A stretch of 64,000 bases of DNA, taken from assembly GCA_963848795.1 (NCBI GenBank), contig CAWKEX010000006.1:30340-94339 (forward strand), read 5' to 3'. Below are positions 49,455-61,985 of this stretch, piece after piece. Every line of letters starts with the position of its first letter. Position 1 is the first letter of the stretch. This DNA comes from an uncultured Actinomycetota bacterium. GTDB lineage: Bacteria > Actinomycetota > Actinomycetes > Propionibacteriales > Nocardioidaceae. A program made the translations under genes and the position numbers. The notes beneath the pieces were generated by a model. That model was not told the DNA's origin. It made no database searches and was given only the letters and a program-made list of their open reading frames with translations.

Positions 49455-50826
49455 TCAGCCCACGAACGGTGAGACGAGCCGGGCGATCCGGCTCTGGCGC
49501 TCCGTCAGCCGCTCCTCCACGTCGGCGGCGGCCATGGCCCGCAGCCCGGCGTTGACGCCCAGCCAGCGCAGCGGCTCGGGCTCCCAGCGGGGCGAGCGGT
49601 GGTTGACCCACGGCAGCCGGACGAGCTCGGTGTCCCGCTCCAGGATCAGGTCCCGCAGCGTCCGGCCGGCCAGGTTCGTCGTGCTCACGCCGTCGCCGAC
49701 GTAGCCGCCCGCCCAGGCGACCCCGGTGCCGCGATCCAGGCCCACCGAGGCGCACCAGTCCCGCGGCACCCCGAGGCAGCCACCCCACGAGTGCGTGAAC
49801 GAGGTGTCGGAGAGCACCGGCAGCAGGTCAACCAGCGTGTCCCGCAGCCGCCGGAAGACCCGCTCGTCGCGGTCGAACGCCGGCCTGATGCGGGATCCGA
49901 AGTGGTACGGCGTGCCGCGCCCCCCGAAGACGATCCGGTCGTCGGCCGTGCGCTGCCCGTAGACGATCAGGTGACGGTGGTCGGTGAACGTCTCGCGGCG
50001 GCGCAGCCCGATCCGCTCCCACAGGTCCGGGCCGAGCGGCTCCGTGGCGATGATGAGCGAGTAGATCGGCACCAGTCGACGGTGCTCGCCGGGGAGGTCG
50101 GCGGTGTATCCCTCGGTCGCGCGGACCACCGTGTCGGCCCGGACCACCCCCGTGGACGTTTCCAGCCGGCCGGGACCGATCGAGCGCACCGGTGTGTGCT
50201 CGAAGATCCGGACTCCGAGCCGGACGACGGCGTCGGCCAGGCCGCGGGCCAGGCGCAGGGGATGGATCGCCGCGCAGTCCGGCGAGTACGTCGCCCCGTG
50301 GACCGAGGAGCCGGCCAGCACGTCGTGGGCGTCCGTCGGCGCCGAGCAGCCGGATCTCGTCCTCCCCACGGCCCCACGACCGGGCCTCGTCGACCTCGGC
50401 CCGGGCCCGGGCCAGCTGAGCGGGGTTGCGGGCCAGGGAGATGGTGCCGCCGTGGGCGAAGTGGGCGTCGATGGACTCCTCGCCGAGCACCCGCTCCACC
50501 TCGTGGAGGCTCGCCCGCATGGCCCGGTGCTGGGCCATGGCTGCGGTGCGGTCGCTGAGGGCCGCCAGTGACGACGAGGACGCGGGGAAGAGCGCCGAGC
50601 ACCATCCGCCGTTGCGCCCGGAGGCGCCGAATCCCGCGACCTCGGCCTCGCACACGGCGATCCGGAGACCGGGCTCGGCCCGCGCCAGGTAGTAGGCGGT
50701 CCACAGTCCGGTGAACCCGGCGCCCACGATGGCGACGTCGACGTCGAGGTCGCCGTCCAGCGGCGCCCGGGGGGTGGCGGGAGGCGCGGTCTCCTCCCAG
50801 AGGGACCGGTTCAGCGCACGCCCCAC
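49455..50826 (-). CDS. FAD-dependent oxidoreductase, PuuB/DAO family; frameshifted
   Basis: DVAIVGAGFTGLWTAYYL, GFGASGRNGGW, HPLRLARGLA, RATEGY, GYVGDGVSTTNLAGRTL. Confidence 0.85.
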
Positions 50827-51276
50827 GAGTAGGTCTGCTTGCGCAGCCGGAGGTACATGAACGTCTCGGTCGAGACCACGCCGTCGATGGTCCGGATCTT
50901 GCCCGAGATCAGTTCGAGCAGGTGGTCGTCGCTCTCGCAGACCACCTCCGCGAGCAGGTCGTAGCTCCCGGCCGTGATCACGACGTAGTCGACCTCCGGC
51001 AGCTCGGCGAGCGCGTCGGCGACCGGCTCGAGCGGGCCGGTGACCCGGATGCCGACCATCGCCTGCCGGGCGAAGCCGAGCTCGAGCGGGTCGGTCACCG
51101 CCACGACCTGCATCACCCCGCTGTCGACCAGCCGCTGCACCCGCTGGCGGACCGCGGCCTCGGACAGACCGACGACCTTGCCGATGGCGGCGTAGGACCG
51201 GCGCCCGTCCTGCTGCAGCTGCTCGATGATGCCCTTGGAGACGTCGTCCAGCGACGGCCGGCGGTTTCCTTGCCAT
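50811..51276 (-). CDS. Lrp/AsnC-family transcriptional regulator; frameshift at N-terminus
   Basis: LDDVSKGIIEQLQQDGRRSYAAIGKVVGLSEAAVRQRV, TAGSYDLL. Confidence 0.93.
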
Positions 51277-51327
51277 GGCGGGCATGCTGTCAGTAGGGGC
51301 GACTGCCCCACAAGGTCTGTGCAATCA

Positions 51328-51369
51328 CCTGAATCAGTTGCAAGATGGTGTCGAGCCGACGGATTCGCT
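51328..51369. promoter_or_regulatory. paired ACNGAWTCNGT-like operators in the lrp/potD divergent promoter
   Basis: CCTGAATCAGT 51328-51338 and ACGGATTCGCT 51359-51369, 31 bp apart. Confidence 0.6.
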
Positions 51370-51436
51370 TGTCCGGGCGTCGCTCGCATGACACGATCCG
51401 AACCCACGAGTGACCATGACCAGGAGGCTCGCGCGG

Positions 51437-52623
51437 ATGACGTCAGGACTGTTCCTACCCGGGGTTCTCACGACGCAGCTTCCTGCGCGGTGCCGGGCTC
51501 TCCGCGGCTGCGCTCGGGAGGCTCCTCCCTGCTCGCGGCCTGCGGCACCGAGGGCGCCCAGGTCGAGGCGGGCAGCTGCACCAGCACGGACCTCAGCGCC
51601 GAGGAGAAGACCATCGTCTTCTCGAACTGGATCGGGTACGTCGACCCGGTCAAGGCGAAGGACACCTCGACCCTGGAGAAGTTCCAGGAGGAGAGCGGCA
51701 TCACGGTCGACTACAAGAACGGCGACGTCAACGACAACGAGACGTTCTTCGCCAAGGTGTCGCCGCAGCTGCAGGACTGCAGGTCCACGGGCCGCGACGC
51801 CTTCGTGGTGACCGACTACATGGCGGCGCGGATGATCGAGCTGGGCTGGATCCAGAAGCTCGACCACTCCAACATGCCGAACGTCGACGCCAACCTGATC
51901 GACTTCCTGAAGTCGCCGGACTGGGACCCCAACCGCGAGTACAGCGTGCCGTGGCAGAGCGGCATGACCGGCATCTGCTACAACTCCGAGCTCACCGACC
52001 CGGTGACGAGCTTCGAGGAGCTCCTCACCCGCCCGGACCTCAAGGGCAAGGTCGACCTGCTCACGGAGATGCGGGACACCATGCTCTTCCTGCTGCTCAT
52101 GGAGGGCAGCGACCCGCAGGACTTCTCCGAGGACGAGTTCACCGCCGCCATCGAGTCGCTGCAGGGGTACGTCGAGAGCGGCCAGGTCCGGCGCTTCACC
52201 GGAAACGACTACATCGACGACATGAAGTCCGGTGACGTCGTGGCCTGCGAGGCGTGGAGCGGCGACGTCATCAACCTCCTCGGCGGCGGAAAGTACAAGT
52301 GGGTGCCGCCGGAGGAGGGCTTCGCCATCTGGACCGACAACGTGCTGGTGCCCAACAAGGCGGAGCACAAGGCAAACGTCGAGACGATGATGGACTTCTA
52401 CTACGACCCGGTGAACGCGGCGAAGCTGTCCGCCTGGAACTACTACTTCTGCCCGGTGTCCGGCGCCCAGGACGAGATCGGGCAGTTCGACAAGTCGGCC
52501 GTCAACAGCGACTTCATCTTCGTCGACGACCAGACGCTCGAGACCGGCTACCAGTTCATGTCGCTCAGCGACTCGGAGGAGACGGCGTACCAGCGCCAGT
52601 TCAACGAGGTGATGAGTGGGTGA
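51437..52623 (+). CDS. potD: polyamine ABC transporter substrate-binding lipoprotein; 5' frameshifts
   Basis: Tat-like SRRSFLRG, lipobox LAAC, FSNWIGYVD, YSVPWQSGMTG, AWSGD, WTDN. Confidence 0.88.
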
Positions 52624-53750
52624 CACCGGACGCGACCTCCGGCTGGAGGGCGTGACCAAGCATTTCGGCGACTTCGTCGCCGTCGACGACCTCACCCTCA
52701 CGGTGCCCCAGGGCTCCTTCTTCGCCCTGCTCGGTCCGTCCGGGTGCGGCAAGACCACGACGCTGCGGATGGTCGCCGGTCTCGAGGACCCGACCGCGGG
52801 ACGGGTCCTGATCGGTGACGAGGACATCACCGGCCTCCGCCCCTACAAGCGCCCGGTCAACACCGTCTTCCAGTCCTACGCGCTGTTCCCGCACCTCACG
52901 GTCTTCGAGAACGTCGCCTTCGGGCTCCGGCGCCGAGGCGTCAACGACTACCGGCAGAAGACCGAGGAGATGATCGAGCTCGTCGAGCTCGCGGGGTACT
53001 CCTCGCGCAAGCCGTCCCAGCTCTCCGGTGGGCAGCAGCAGCGGGTCGCGCTGGCCCGGGCGATGATCAACGAGCCCGGCGTGCTGCTCCTCGACGAGCC
53101 GCTGGGCGCGCTCGACCTCAAGCTGCGCCGCCAGATGCAGATCGAGCTGAAGCGGATCCAGACCGAGATCGACATCACCTTCGTGCACGTCACCCACGAC
53201 CAGGAGGAGGCCATGACCATGGCCGACACCATCGCGGTGATGAACCACGGCGTGATCGAGCAGCTCGGCGCGCCCGGCGAGCTGTACGAGAACCCGCAGA
53301 CGACGTTCGTGGCGAACTTCCTCGGCCAGTCGAACCTGATCATGACCGGGGTGACCAGCTCGTCGGACGGCACGGTCGTGGTCGACTGCCATGGCCAGAA
53401 GGTCGGCGTCGACGCGACCCGCTCCCACACCACGGACGGACGCGGCTGGCTGGGGGTCCGGCCGGAGAAGATCTTCGCCAGCCAGGCCGGCTCGGAGGAC
53501 CACGCAGGGCGGCAACGTGCTCACCGGTGGACGGGTCACCGACGTGAGCTTCGTCGGGGTCAGCACCCAGTACCTCGTCGCGATGCCGTGGGGCCAGGAG
53601 ATCATGGTGTTCGAGCAGAACACCGGACAGCGGGCGCCGTTCCGCAACGGTGACGAGGTGGACCTCGCCTGGTCGCGGGCCCACGCGTTCCTGCTCGACG
53701 CCGGCCAGGACGCGCACGCGGGCATGATCACGCCGGAGGACGCCGAATGA
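52616..53750 (+). CDS. potA: polyamine ABC transporter ATP-binding protein; frameshift in TOBE region
   Basis: [49 protein letters not shown]. Confidence 0.92.
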
Positions 53751-54653
53751 GCGTCGAGGCCGCCACCGACGCCCCGGCACCACCGGCCACCGTCGACGGC
53801 GAGACCGCCCGTCGCCGCGGCTGGGGCTGGCTGCTGCTGGTCCCGGGCATGCTCTACCTGGGCGTGTTCTTCGTCTTCCCGACGATCCAGCTCTTCTTCA
53901 CCTCGCTGTACGACCCGAGCGGGTCGTTCGAGCAGGGCTACGAGATGACCTGGCACTTCGCCAACTACGTCGACGCCATCCAGGACAACTGGAACCTCTT
54001 CGTCCGCTCGTTCCTGTACGCCGGCACCGCGACCGCTGATCTGCCTGATGCTCGGCTACCCGCTGGCCTACGCGATCGCCTTCAAGTCCGGGCGCTGGAA
54101 GCACGTCATGCTGGTGCTCGTCATCGCGCCGTTCTTCACCAGCTTCCTGCTGCGGACGCTGTCGTGGCGCACGATCCTCGCCGACGAGGGGCCGGTCACG
54201 AGCTTCCTGCAGTTCATCGCGGTCCTGCCCGACGACGGCCGCCTGCTGGCCACACCCGTCGCCGTGATCGCGGGCCTGACCTACAACTTCATGCCGTTCA
54301 TGACGCTGCCGATCTACGCGTCGCTCGACAAGGTCGACTACCGGCTCGTCGAGGCCTCCAGCGACCTCTACGCCAGCCCCTTCACCGGCTTCCGGAAGGT
54401 GACCTTCCCGCTGTCGATGCCGGGCGTGGTCGCGGGCACGCTGCTCACGTTCATCCCCGCCTGCGGCGACTACATCAACGCCGAGCTGCTCGGCACGCCC
54501 AAGCAGTACATGGTCGGCAACCGGATCCAGTCGGCGTTCCTCACCGAGCACAACTACCCGCTGGCCGCGAGCCTGTCGCTGATCCTGATGGTGGTGGTCG
54601 TGGCGATGGTCGTCGTCTACGTCCGGCGGGCCGGCACCGAGGACCTGCTCTGA
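53747..54653 (+). CDS. potB: polyamine ABC transporter permease; frameshifted
   Basis: LGYPLAY, PFFTSFLLRT, YNFMPFMTLPIYASL, LVEASSDL. Confidence 0.9.
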
Positions 54654-55527
54654 TGGCGACCGTCACGACCCCCGAGCGGGTGTCCCCGGAGACCGGCGCG
54701 ACCGGCGGCGCCAGCGCGCCCGGCGCCCGGTCGGGCCGGTGGCTCGGCGACCACCTGATCCTGTTGGTCGGGATCCTGGTCCTGCTCTACATGTTCGTGC
54801 CGATCGGCTACATCTTCGCGCTGTCGTTCAACCAGCCGTCGGGCCGCTCGGCCACGGCCGAGTTCGAGTCGTTCACGTGGAGCAACTGGACGTCGATCTG
54901 CGAGCCGGACGGGCTGTGCGAGTCCCTCCGGCTCAGCCTCGCCGTGGGCGTCACGGCGACCGTGATCGCCACGATCCTGGGCACGCTGATGGCCTTCGCG
55001 CTCGTGCGCCACTCCTTCCGCGGGCGGTCGTCGTCCAACCTGCTGATCTTCCTGCCGATGGCGACGCCCGAGGTCGTGATGGGCTCCTCGCTGCTGGCGA
55101 TGTTCGTGTCGGTCGGGGCTCGACAGCGCGCTCGGCTTCGCCACGCTCGTGATCGCGCACGTGCTGTTCTGCCTGTCGTTCGTGGTGGTCACGGTCAAGG
55201 CCCGGCTGTCCGGCATGGACTACCGCCTCGAGCAGGCGGCGATGGACCTCTACGCCACGGAGTGGCAGACCTTCCGGCTGGTCACCCTGCCGCTGGCGAT
55301 GCCGGGCATCGTGGCGGCGGCCATGCTGTCCTTCTCGCTGTCCTTCGACGACTTCATCGTCTCCAACTTCACCGCCGGCCAGTCCGTCACCTTCCCGCTC
55401 TATCGTCTACGGCAGCAAGCTGAAGGACTTCCCGCCCCAGCTGTTCGTCGTCGGCACGCTGATGTTCCTCGTCTCGTTCGTGATCGTGATCGTCGGAACG
55501 CTGTGGCGCCGACGGAGGGCGCAATGA
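54653..55527 (+). CDS. potC: polyamine ABC transporter permease; frameshifted
   Basis: LPMATPEVVMG, IAHVLF, LEQAAMDLYA, SFSLSFDDF. Confidence 0.9.
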
Positions 55528-55540
55528 TCAGGACGAGGCC

Positions 55541-57052
55541 ATGACGGCCGGGTTGCCGACGATCGGGCACTGGCGCGACGGTGGCCCGTGGCCGGGCGGC
55601 GGCGGAGCGGTACGGCGACGTGCACGACCCCGCCACCGGCCGGGTGCGCCGCGCAGGTCGCCTTCGCCTCGGGCGAGGAGGTGTCGGCCGTCGTGGCCGA
55701 GGCCGTGGAGGCCGGCCGGGAGTGGGCCGCGACGTCGCTGACGCGGCGTACGGCCGTGCTGTTCGCGTTCCGCGAGGCGCTGGTCCGGCGGCGGGAGGAC
55801 ATCGCCGCCGCGATCACGCCGAGCACGGCAAGGTGCTCGACGACGCGCTCGGCGAGGTGCAGCGCGGTCTCGAGGTGGCGGAGTTCGCCTGCGGTGCGCC
55901 GCACCTGCTCAAGGGCTCCTTCAGCGACGGGGTCTCCAGCGGTGTCGACGTCTACTCGATGCGGCAGCCGCTCGGCGTCGTCGCCGTGATCTCGCCGTTC
56001 AACTTCCCGGCCATGGTGCCGCTGTGGTTCGTGCCGATCGCCGATCGCCTGCGGCAACGCGGTGGTGCTCAAGCCGAGCGAGAAGGACCCGTCCGCGTCC
56101 CTGCTGATCGCCGAGTGCTGGGCCGAGGCCGGGCTGCCGGCCGGGGTCTTCAACGTCGTCCAGGGCGACAAGGTCGCCGTCGACGCGCTGCTGGAGCACC
56201 CGGACGTGGCGGCGGTGTCGTTCGTCGGCTCCACGCCGATCGCGCGCTACGTCTACGAGAGCGGGACCCGCCACGGCAAGCGGGTGCAGGCGCTCGGTGG
56301 CGCCAAGAACCACATGGTGGTGCTGCCCGACGCCGACCTGGACGTCGGCCGCGGACGCCGCGGTGAGCGCGGGCTTCGGCTCGGCGGGGGAGCGGTGCAT
56401 GGCGATCTCGGTCGTGGTCGCGGTCGACCCCGTGGCCGACTCGCTGGTGCCGTTGATCGCGTCCCGCATCGAGGGCCTGCGCACCGGCGACGGCCGGCGG
56501 GCCTGCGACATGGGACCGCTGGTCACCGGCGCCCACCGCGACAAGGTGCGCGGCCTACGTCGATGCGGGCGTCGCTGAGGGCGCCGACCTGGTCGATCGA
56601 CGGCCGCGCCGTCGTGCCCGACGGCGAGGCCGACGGCTTCTGGCTGGGGCCGACGCTCTTCGACCGGGTCCGGCCCGGGATGTCGATCTACGACGAGGAG
56701 ATCTTCGGTCCGGTGCTGTCGGTGGTGCGGGCGGCGACGTACGACGACGCGCTGGCGCTGGTCAACGCCAACCCCTACGGCAACGGCACCGCGATCTTCA
56801 CCGCCGACGGCGGAGCCGCCCGCCGCTTCCAGCGCGAGGTCGAGGTCGGCATGGTCGGCATCAACGTGCCGATCCCGGTGCCGATGGCCTACTACTCGTT
56901 CGGCGGGCTGGAAGTCCTCGCTGTTCGGCGACACCCACGCCCACGGCGTCGAGGGCATCCACTTCTTCACCCGCGGCAAGGTCGTCACCTCGCGCTGGCC
57001 CGACCCGTCGACCCGGCACGGGATCGACCTCGGCTTCCCGCAGCACGACTGA
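55541..57052 (+). CDS. mmsA: CoA-acylating (methyl)malonate-semialdehyde dehydrogenase; many frameshifts
   Basis: [66 protein letters not shown]. Confidence 0.92.
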
Positions 57053-57146
57053 GCAGCGACGTGCGAGGAACGAGCACGTCGCGTGGGCTCAGTCAGGTTG
57101 AGCAGCGACGCGACTGAGGACGAGTCGCGCAAGCGCGTCGAAACCC
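57049..57146 (+). repeat. intergenic repeat family B, copy 2 (further partial unit near 57209-57228)
   Basis: CTGAGCAGCGACGTGCGAGGAACGAGCACGTCGCGTGGGCTCAGTCAGGTTGAGCA...GCGTCGAAACCC. Confidence 0.85.
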
Positions 57147-57310
57147 GGTGAGGGAGGCAGGGCGGTGACTCGCGCTCACGCACCCGGACCGGGTGCGCTG
57201 AGCCCGCTCAGAGCAGCGACGTGCGACGGCCCTTCCGCGAGGCGAACGGCGCCCGAAAGGTCGGATGACGGCAGGATCGTGCAGTGTTCGCCTCGTGGGG
57301 GGCCCCTCCC

Positions 57311-58689
57311 TCAGAGCAGGGTGCCGGCCTTGTCGAGGACGACGCGCAGGATCTGCTCGATCTCGTCGAAGTGCTCCTGGGTGCAGATCAGCGGCGGAGC
57401 GAGCTGCACCACCGGGTCGCCCCGGTCGTCGGCCCGGCAGTACAGGCCCTCGTCGTAGAGCGCCTTGGACAGGAAGCCGCGCAGCAGCCTCTCCGACTCG
57501 TCGTCGTTGAAGGTCTCCTTGGTCTCCTTGTCCTTGACCAGCTCGATCCCGTAGAAGTACCCGTCGCCGCGTACGTCGCCGACGATCGGCAGGTCCTTGA
57601 GCCGCTCCAGGGTGGCGCGGAAGGCGCCCTCGTTGTCGCGGACGTTCTCGAGGACCCTCTCCTTCTCGAAGATGTCGAGGTTGGCCATCGCGACCGCGCG
57701 TCGAGACCGGGTGGCCGCCGAAGGTGTAGCCGTGGGCGAACGAGTCGAGCCCGTCGAGGAACGGCTCCATCAGCCGGTCGGTCGCGATCATCGCGCCGAG
57801 CGGCGCGTAGCCGGAGGTGATGCCCTTGGCGCAGGTGATCATGTCGGGCTGGTAGCCGTAGCGCTCGGCCCCGAACATGTGGCCGAGCCGGCCGAACGCG
57901 CAGATCACCTCGTCGCTGACCAGCAGGACGTCGTACTCGTCGCAGATCTCGCGGACCCGCTGGAAGTAGCCGGGCGGCGGCGGGAAGCAGCCACCGGCGT
58001 TCTGGACCGGCTCGAGGAAGACCGCGGCCACGGTCTCCGGCCCCTCGTCCTCGATGGCCACGGCGATCTGGTCGGCCGCCCAGCGACCGAACGCCTCGAG
58101 CGTCGTCACCGTGCTGGGGTGCCCGGTAGAAGTTCGTGCTCGGCACCCGGAAGGTCGACGGCACCAGCGGCTCGAACGGCGCCTTGAGCCCCGGGAGGCC
58201 GGTGATCGACAGGGCGCCCTGCGTCGTGCCGTGGTAGGCGATCGACCGGCTGATCACCTTGTGCTTCATCGGCTTGCCGGTGAGCTTGAAGTAGTTCTTC
58301 GCGAGCTTCCAGGCGGTCTCGACCGCCTCGCCGCCGCCGCTGGTGAAGAACACCCGGTTCAGGTCGCCGGGCGCGTAGGCCGGCGACGCGCTCGGCCAGC
58401 TCGATCGCCCTCGGGTGCGCGTAGGACCACAGCGGCATGAACGCCAGCTCTCGCGCCTGTTTCGCCGCGGCCTCGGCGAGCTCGGTGCGCCCGTGGCCGA
58501 GCTGGCTGACGAACAGGCCGGCCAGGCCGTCCAGGTAGCGCTTGCCCGTGGGCGTCCCAGATGTAGGGCCCCTCCCCGCGGACGATCACCGGCACGTCGG
58601 CGTGGTCGAAGCGTCGAGTGCCGGGTGAAGTGCATCCAGAGGTGGTCCTTGGCGGCGCGCTGGAGGTGGTCGTAGTCCGGGTGCGTCAT
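57311..58689 (-). CDS. class III PLP aminotransferase (omega-amino acid/diamine); frameshifted
   Basis: HLWMHFT, YLDGLAGLF, FFTSGGGEAVE, AYHG, FLEPVQNAGG, SDEVICAFGR, TCAKGITSGY, HGYTFGGHP. Confidence 0.92.
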
Positions 58690-58723
58690 GAGCCCATCGT
58701 GAACGGTCGGATCGAAAGCGGCA

Positions 58724-58765
58724 AGCGATTCAGTGGCTGAGAGACCAAGATGACACGAAATCGGT
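58724..58765. promoter_or_regulatory. paired operators in the aminotransferase/amidohydrolase divergent promoter
   Basis: AGCGATTCAGT 58724-58734 and ACGAAATCGGT 58755-58765, 31 bp apart. Confidence 0.6.
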
Positions 58766-58807
58766 TGCGGATAGCCGTGATCGCTGTCCACCTGATAGGA
58801 ACGGCCC

Positions 58808-60438
58808 ATGACGCGGCTGGTGTTCCGGAACGGCACGCTCTTCGACGGGCACCGGCACCGGGGACCCGGCGCGGTGGTCGTCGAGGGCGGGCGGATCGTC
58901 GAGGTCGGGGCGGAGGCCGACCTCGAGACCCGGCCCGGGCCCGGCGTCGAGGACGTCGACCTCGCGCGGGGGACTGCTGGCGCCCGGGTTCGTGGACGCC
59001 CACGTGCACGCCGTCCAGGGCGGTCTCGAACGCATCCGGTGCGACCTGTCCGAGGCGGAGGGCCGGGACGGCTACCTCGCGACCATCGCGTCGTACGCCG
59101 ACGACCACCCGGAGGTGCCGTGGATCCTCGGCGGGGGCTGGGCGATGCCGGCCTTCCCGGGCGGCACGCCGACTGCGGCCGACCTCGACCGGGTGGTCGC
59201 CGACCGGCCGGTCTACCTGCCCAACCGGGACCACCACGGAGCCTGGGTCAACAGCCGGGCGCTCGAGCTGGCCGGGGTCGACGCCCGGACACCGGACCCG
59301 CCGCACGGCCGTATCGAGCGGGACGCCGACGGGCACCCCACCGGCACCCTCCACGAGGGGGCCATGCAGCTGGTCGCCCGGCACGCCCCGGCCGACGACC
59401 CCGACGACTACTACCGCGGACTCCTCGCCGGGCAGCGCTACCTCCACTCGCTGGGCGTGACCGGCTGGCAGGACGCGATCGTGGGCGACTACGCCGGCAT
59501 GCAGGATCCCGGTCCGGCCTACCTCGAGGCCTCCCGCAACGGCGACCTCACGGCGTCATGTCGTCGGCGCGCTCTGGTGGGAGCGCGACCTCGGCGAGGA
59601 GCAGGTGGCCTCACCTGGTCGAGCGGCGGGAGCGCTACAGCCACGGGCGGTTCCGCGCCACGAGCGTCAAGATCATGCAGGACGGCGTCGCCGAGAACTT
59701 CACGGCCGCCATGACGGCGCCCTACCTCGACGCGAAGCGGCACGCCCACCACCAACTCGGGGCTCTCCTTCGTCAACCCGGGCGCGCTCCGGCACTACGT
59801 GGCCGCGCTCTCCGAGGAGGGCTTCCAGGTCCACGTGCACGCGATCGGGGACCGCGCGGCCCGTGAGGCCCTCGACGCGTTCGACGCGGCCGCCCGTCCG
59901 GACCTGCGCCACCACGTAGCCCACCTCCAGGTCGTCCACCCCGACGACGTGCCACGCTTCGCGCCCCTCGGGGTCGCGGCCAACATCCAGGCGCTCTGGG
60001 CCTGCCGCGACGAGCAGATGGTCGACCTCACGCTGCCGTTCCTCGGTGAGGAGCGCGCCACGTGGCAGTACCCCTTCGGCGCTCTGCACCGCGCGGGGGC
60101 GCGGCTGGTGGCGGGGAGCGACTGGCCGGTCTCCACGCCCGACCCGCTCGCCGCCATCCACACCGCCGTCAACCGCACGACGTACGGCGAGGCCGGTCCG
60201 GCCGGGAACGACCCCTTCCTCCCCGAGCAGGCGATCTCGCTGGAGACCGCGTTCGCGGCGTACACCTCGGGCTCCTCGTGGGTGAACCACCGCGACGACG
60301 CGGGTGTGCTCGCCCCCGGTGCCGTGGCCGACCTCGTGGTGCTCGACCGCGACCCGTTCGCCGGGTCGCCGGAGGAGATCGGGGCGACCACGGTCCGTCT
60401 CGACCTGGGTCGACGGAGTGGCGGTCTTCGAAGCCTGA
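58808..60438 (+). CDS. amidohydrolase_3 (YtcJ/NfdA-like); frameshifted
   Basis: PGFVDAHVH, HGAWVNSRAL, KIMQDG, HVHAIGDRA, HHVAHLQ, GSDWPVS. Confidence 0.88.
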
Positions 60439-60451
60439 ACCCGCCCGAATG

Positions 60452-60494
60452 ACTGAATCCGTCAGGCAAACCCCGTCACCACTACAGATTCCGT
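60452..60494. promoter_or_regulatory. paired operators upstream of the aminoaldehyde dehydrogenase
   Basis: ACTGAATCCGT 60452-60462 and ACAGATTCCGT 60484-60494, 32 bp apart. Confidence 0.6.
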
Positions 60495-60547
60495 TGTCAC
60501 ATGACTAGGCTCGGCACACCGCTGATCGATCCGGAGGATGCAACGCC

Positions 60548-61981
60548 ATGGCTGACAAGGAGTTCCGCAACGTCATCAACGGCGAGCTCGTCGACTCGGC
60601 GTCGGGGGAGACCTACGACGTGATCGACCCGACCACCGGCGAGGTCTACGCGACCGCGCCGATGTCGGGTGCCGAGGACCTCGACCGCGCCTACGCGGCC
60701 GCCGACGGGGCCTTCGAGTCGTGGGGCGGCACCACTCCGCAGGACCGCGCCTCCGCGCTGCTCAAGCTCGCCGACGCGATCGAGGAGCGGGTCGAGGAGC
60801 TCAACGCCGTGGAGAGCAAGGACACCGGCAAGCCGCTCGGGCTCACGATGTCGGAGGAGATGCCCTACGCCTCCGACCACTTCCGCTTCTTCGCCGGCGC
60901 GGCCCGGGTGCTGGAGGGCAAGTCGGCCGGCGAGTACATGGCCGACCACACGTCGTTCGTCCGCCGCGAGCCGATCGGCGTGGTCGGCCAGGTCACGCCG
61001 TGGAACTACCCGCTGCTGATGATGATCTGGAAGATCGCCCCGGCCCTCGCCGCCGGCAACACGATCGTGCTGAAGCCGTCGGACACGACGCCCGCGTCGT
61101 CGACGCTGCTCGCCGAGATCGCGCAGGAGTTCCTGCCGCCGGGCGTCCTCAACGTCGTCTGTGGCGACCGCGACACCGGCCGCGCCCTCGTGGAGCACAA
61201 GACCCCGCAGATGGTCGCGATCACCGGCTCGGTCCGCGCCGGGATGGAGGTCGCCGGGTCCGCCGCGGCCGACCTGAAGAAGGTCCACCTCGAGCTCGGA
61301 GGCAAGGCGCCGGTGATCATCTTCGACGACGCCGACGTCGAGTCCGCCGCGTCGTCGATCTCCGAGGCGGGCTACTTCAACGCGGGCCAGGACTGCACCG
61401 CCGCCACCCGCGTCCTCGCCGGGCCGGGCGTGCACGGCGACTTCGTCGCGGCCCTGACCGAGGCGGCCAAGGGCATCCGCACCGGCATGCCCGACGACGA
61501 GGACGTGCTCTACGGCCCGCTCAACAACCCCAACCAGCTCGACCGGGTGACGGGCATGGTCGACCGGCTGCCCGACCACGCCAACCTCGAGATCGGCGGC
61601 CGGCGACAGGGCGAGACCGGCTACTTCTACGAGCCCACCGTGCTGTCGGGCCTCAAGCAGGACGACGAGCAGATCCAGACCGAGATCTTCGGTCCCGTCA
61701 TCACCGTGCAGAAGTTCAGCGACGAGGCCGAGGCGCTGGCCTGGGCGAACGGCGTGGAGTACGGCCTGGCCTCCAGCGTCTGGACCAGGGACCACGGCCG
61801 CGCGATGCGGATGGCCAAGAAGCTCGACTTCGGCTGCGTGTGGATCAACACCCACATCCCCTTCATCTCCGAGATGCCCCACGGCGGCTTCAAGCACTCC
61901 GGCTACGGCAAGGACCTGTCGATGTACGGGCTCGAGGACTACACGCGCATCAAGCACGTCATGTCCTACATCGGCGAGTGA
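60548..61981 (+). CDS. gamma-aminobutyraldehyde (aminoaldehyde) dehydrogenase, PatD-like
   Basis: Intact 477 aa ORF; [45 protein letters not shown]. Confidence 0.92.
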   Translation: MADKEFRNVINGELVDSASGETYDVIDPTTGEVYATAPMSGAEDLDRAYAAADGAFESWGGTTPQDRASALLKLADAIEERVEELNAVESKDTGKPLGLTMSEEMPYASDHFRFFAGAARVLEGKSAGEYMADHTSFVRREPIGVVGQVTPWNYPLLMMIWKIAPALAAGNTIVLKPSDTTPASSTLLAEIAQEFLPPGVLNVVCGDRDTGRALVEHKTPQMVAITGSVRAGMEVAGSAAADLKKVHLELGGKAPVIIFDDADVESAASSISEAGYFNAGQDCTAATRVLAGPGVHGDFVAALTEAAKGIRTGMPDDEDVLYGPLNNPNQLDRVTGMVDRLPDHANLEIGGRRQGETGYFYEPTVLSGLKQDDEQIQTEIFGPVITVQKFSDEAEALAWANGVEYGLASSVWTRDHGRAMRMAKKLDFGCVWINTHIPFISEMPHGGFKHSGYGKDLSMYGLEDYTRIKHVMSYIGE

Positions 61982-61985
61982 CTGC

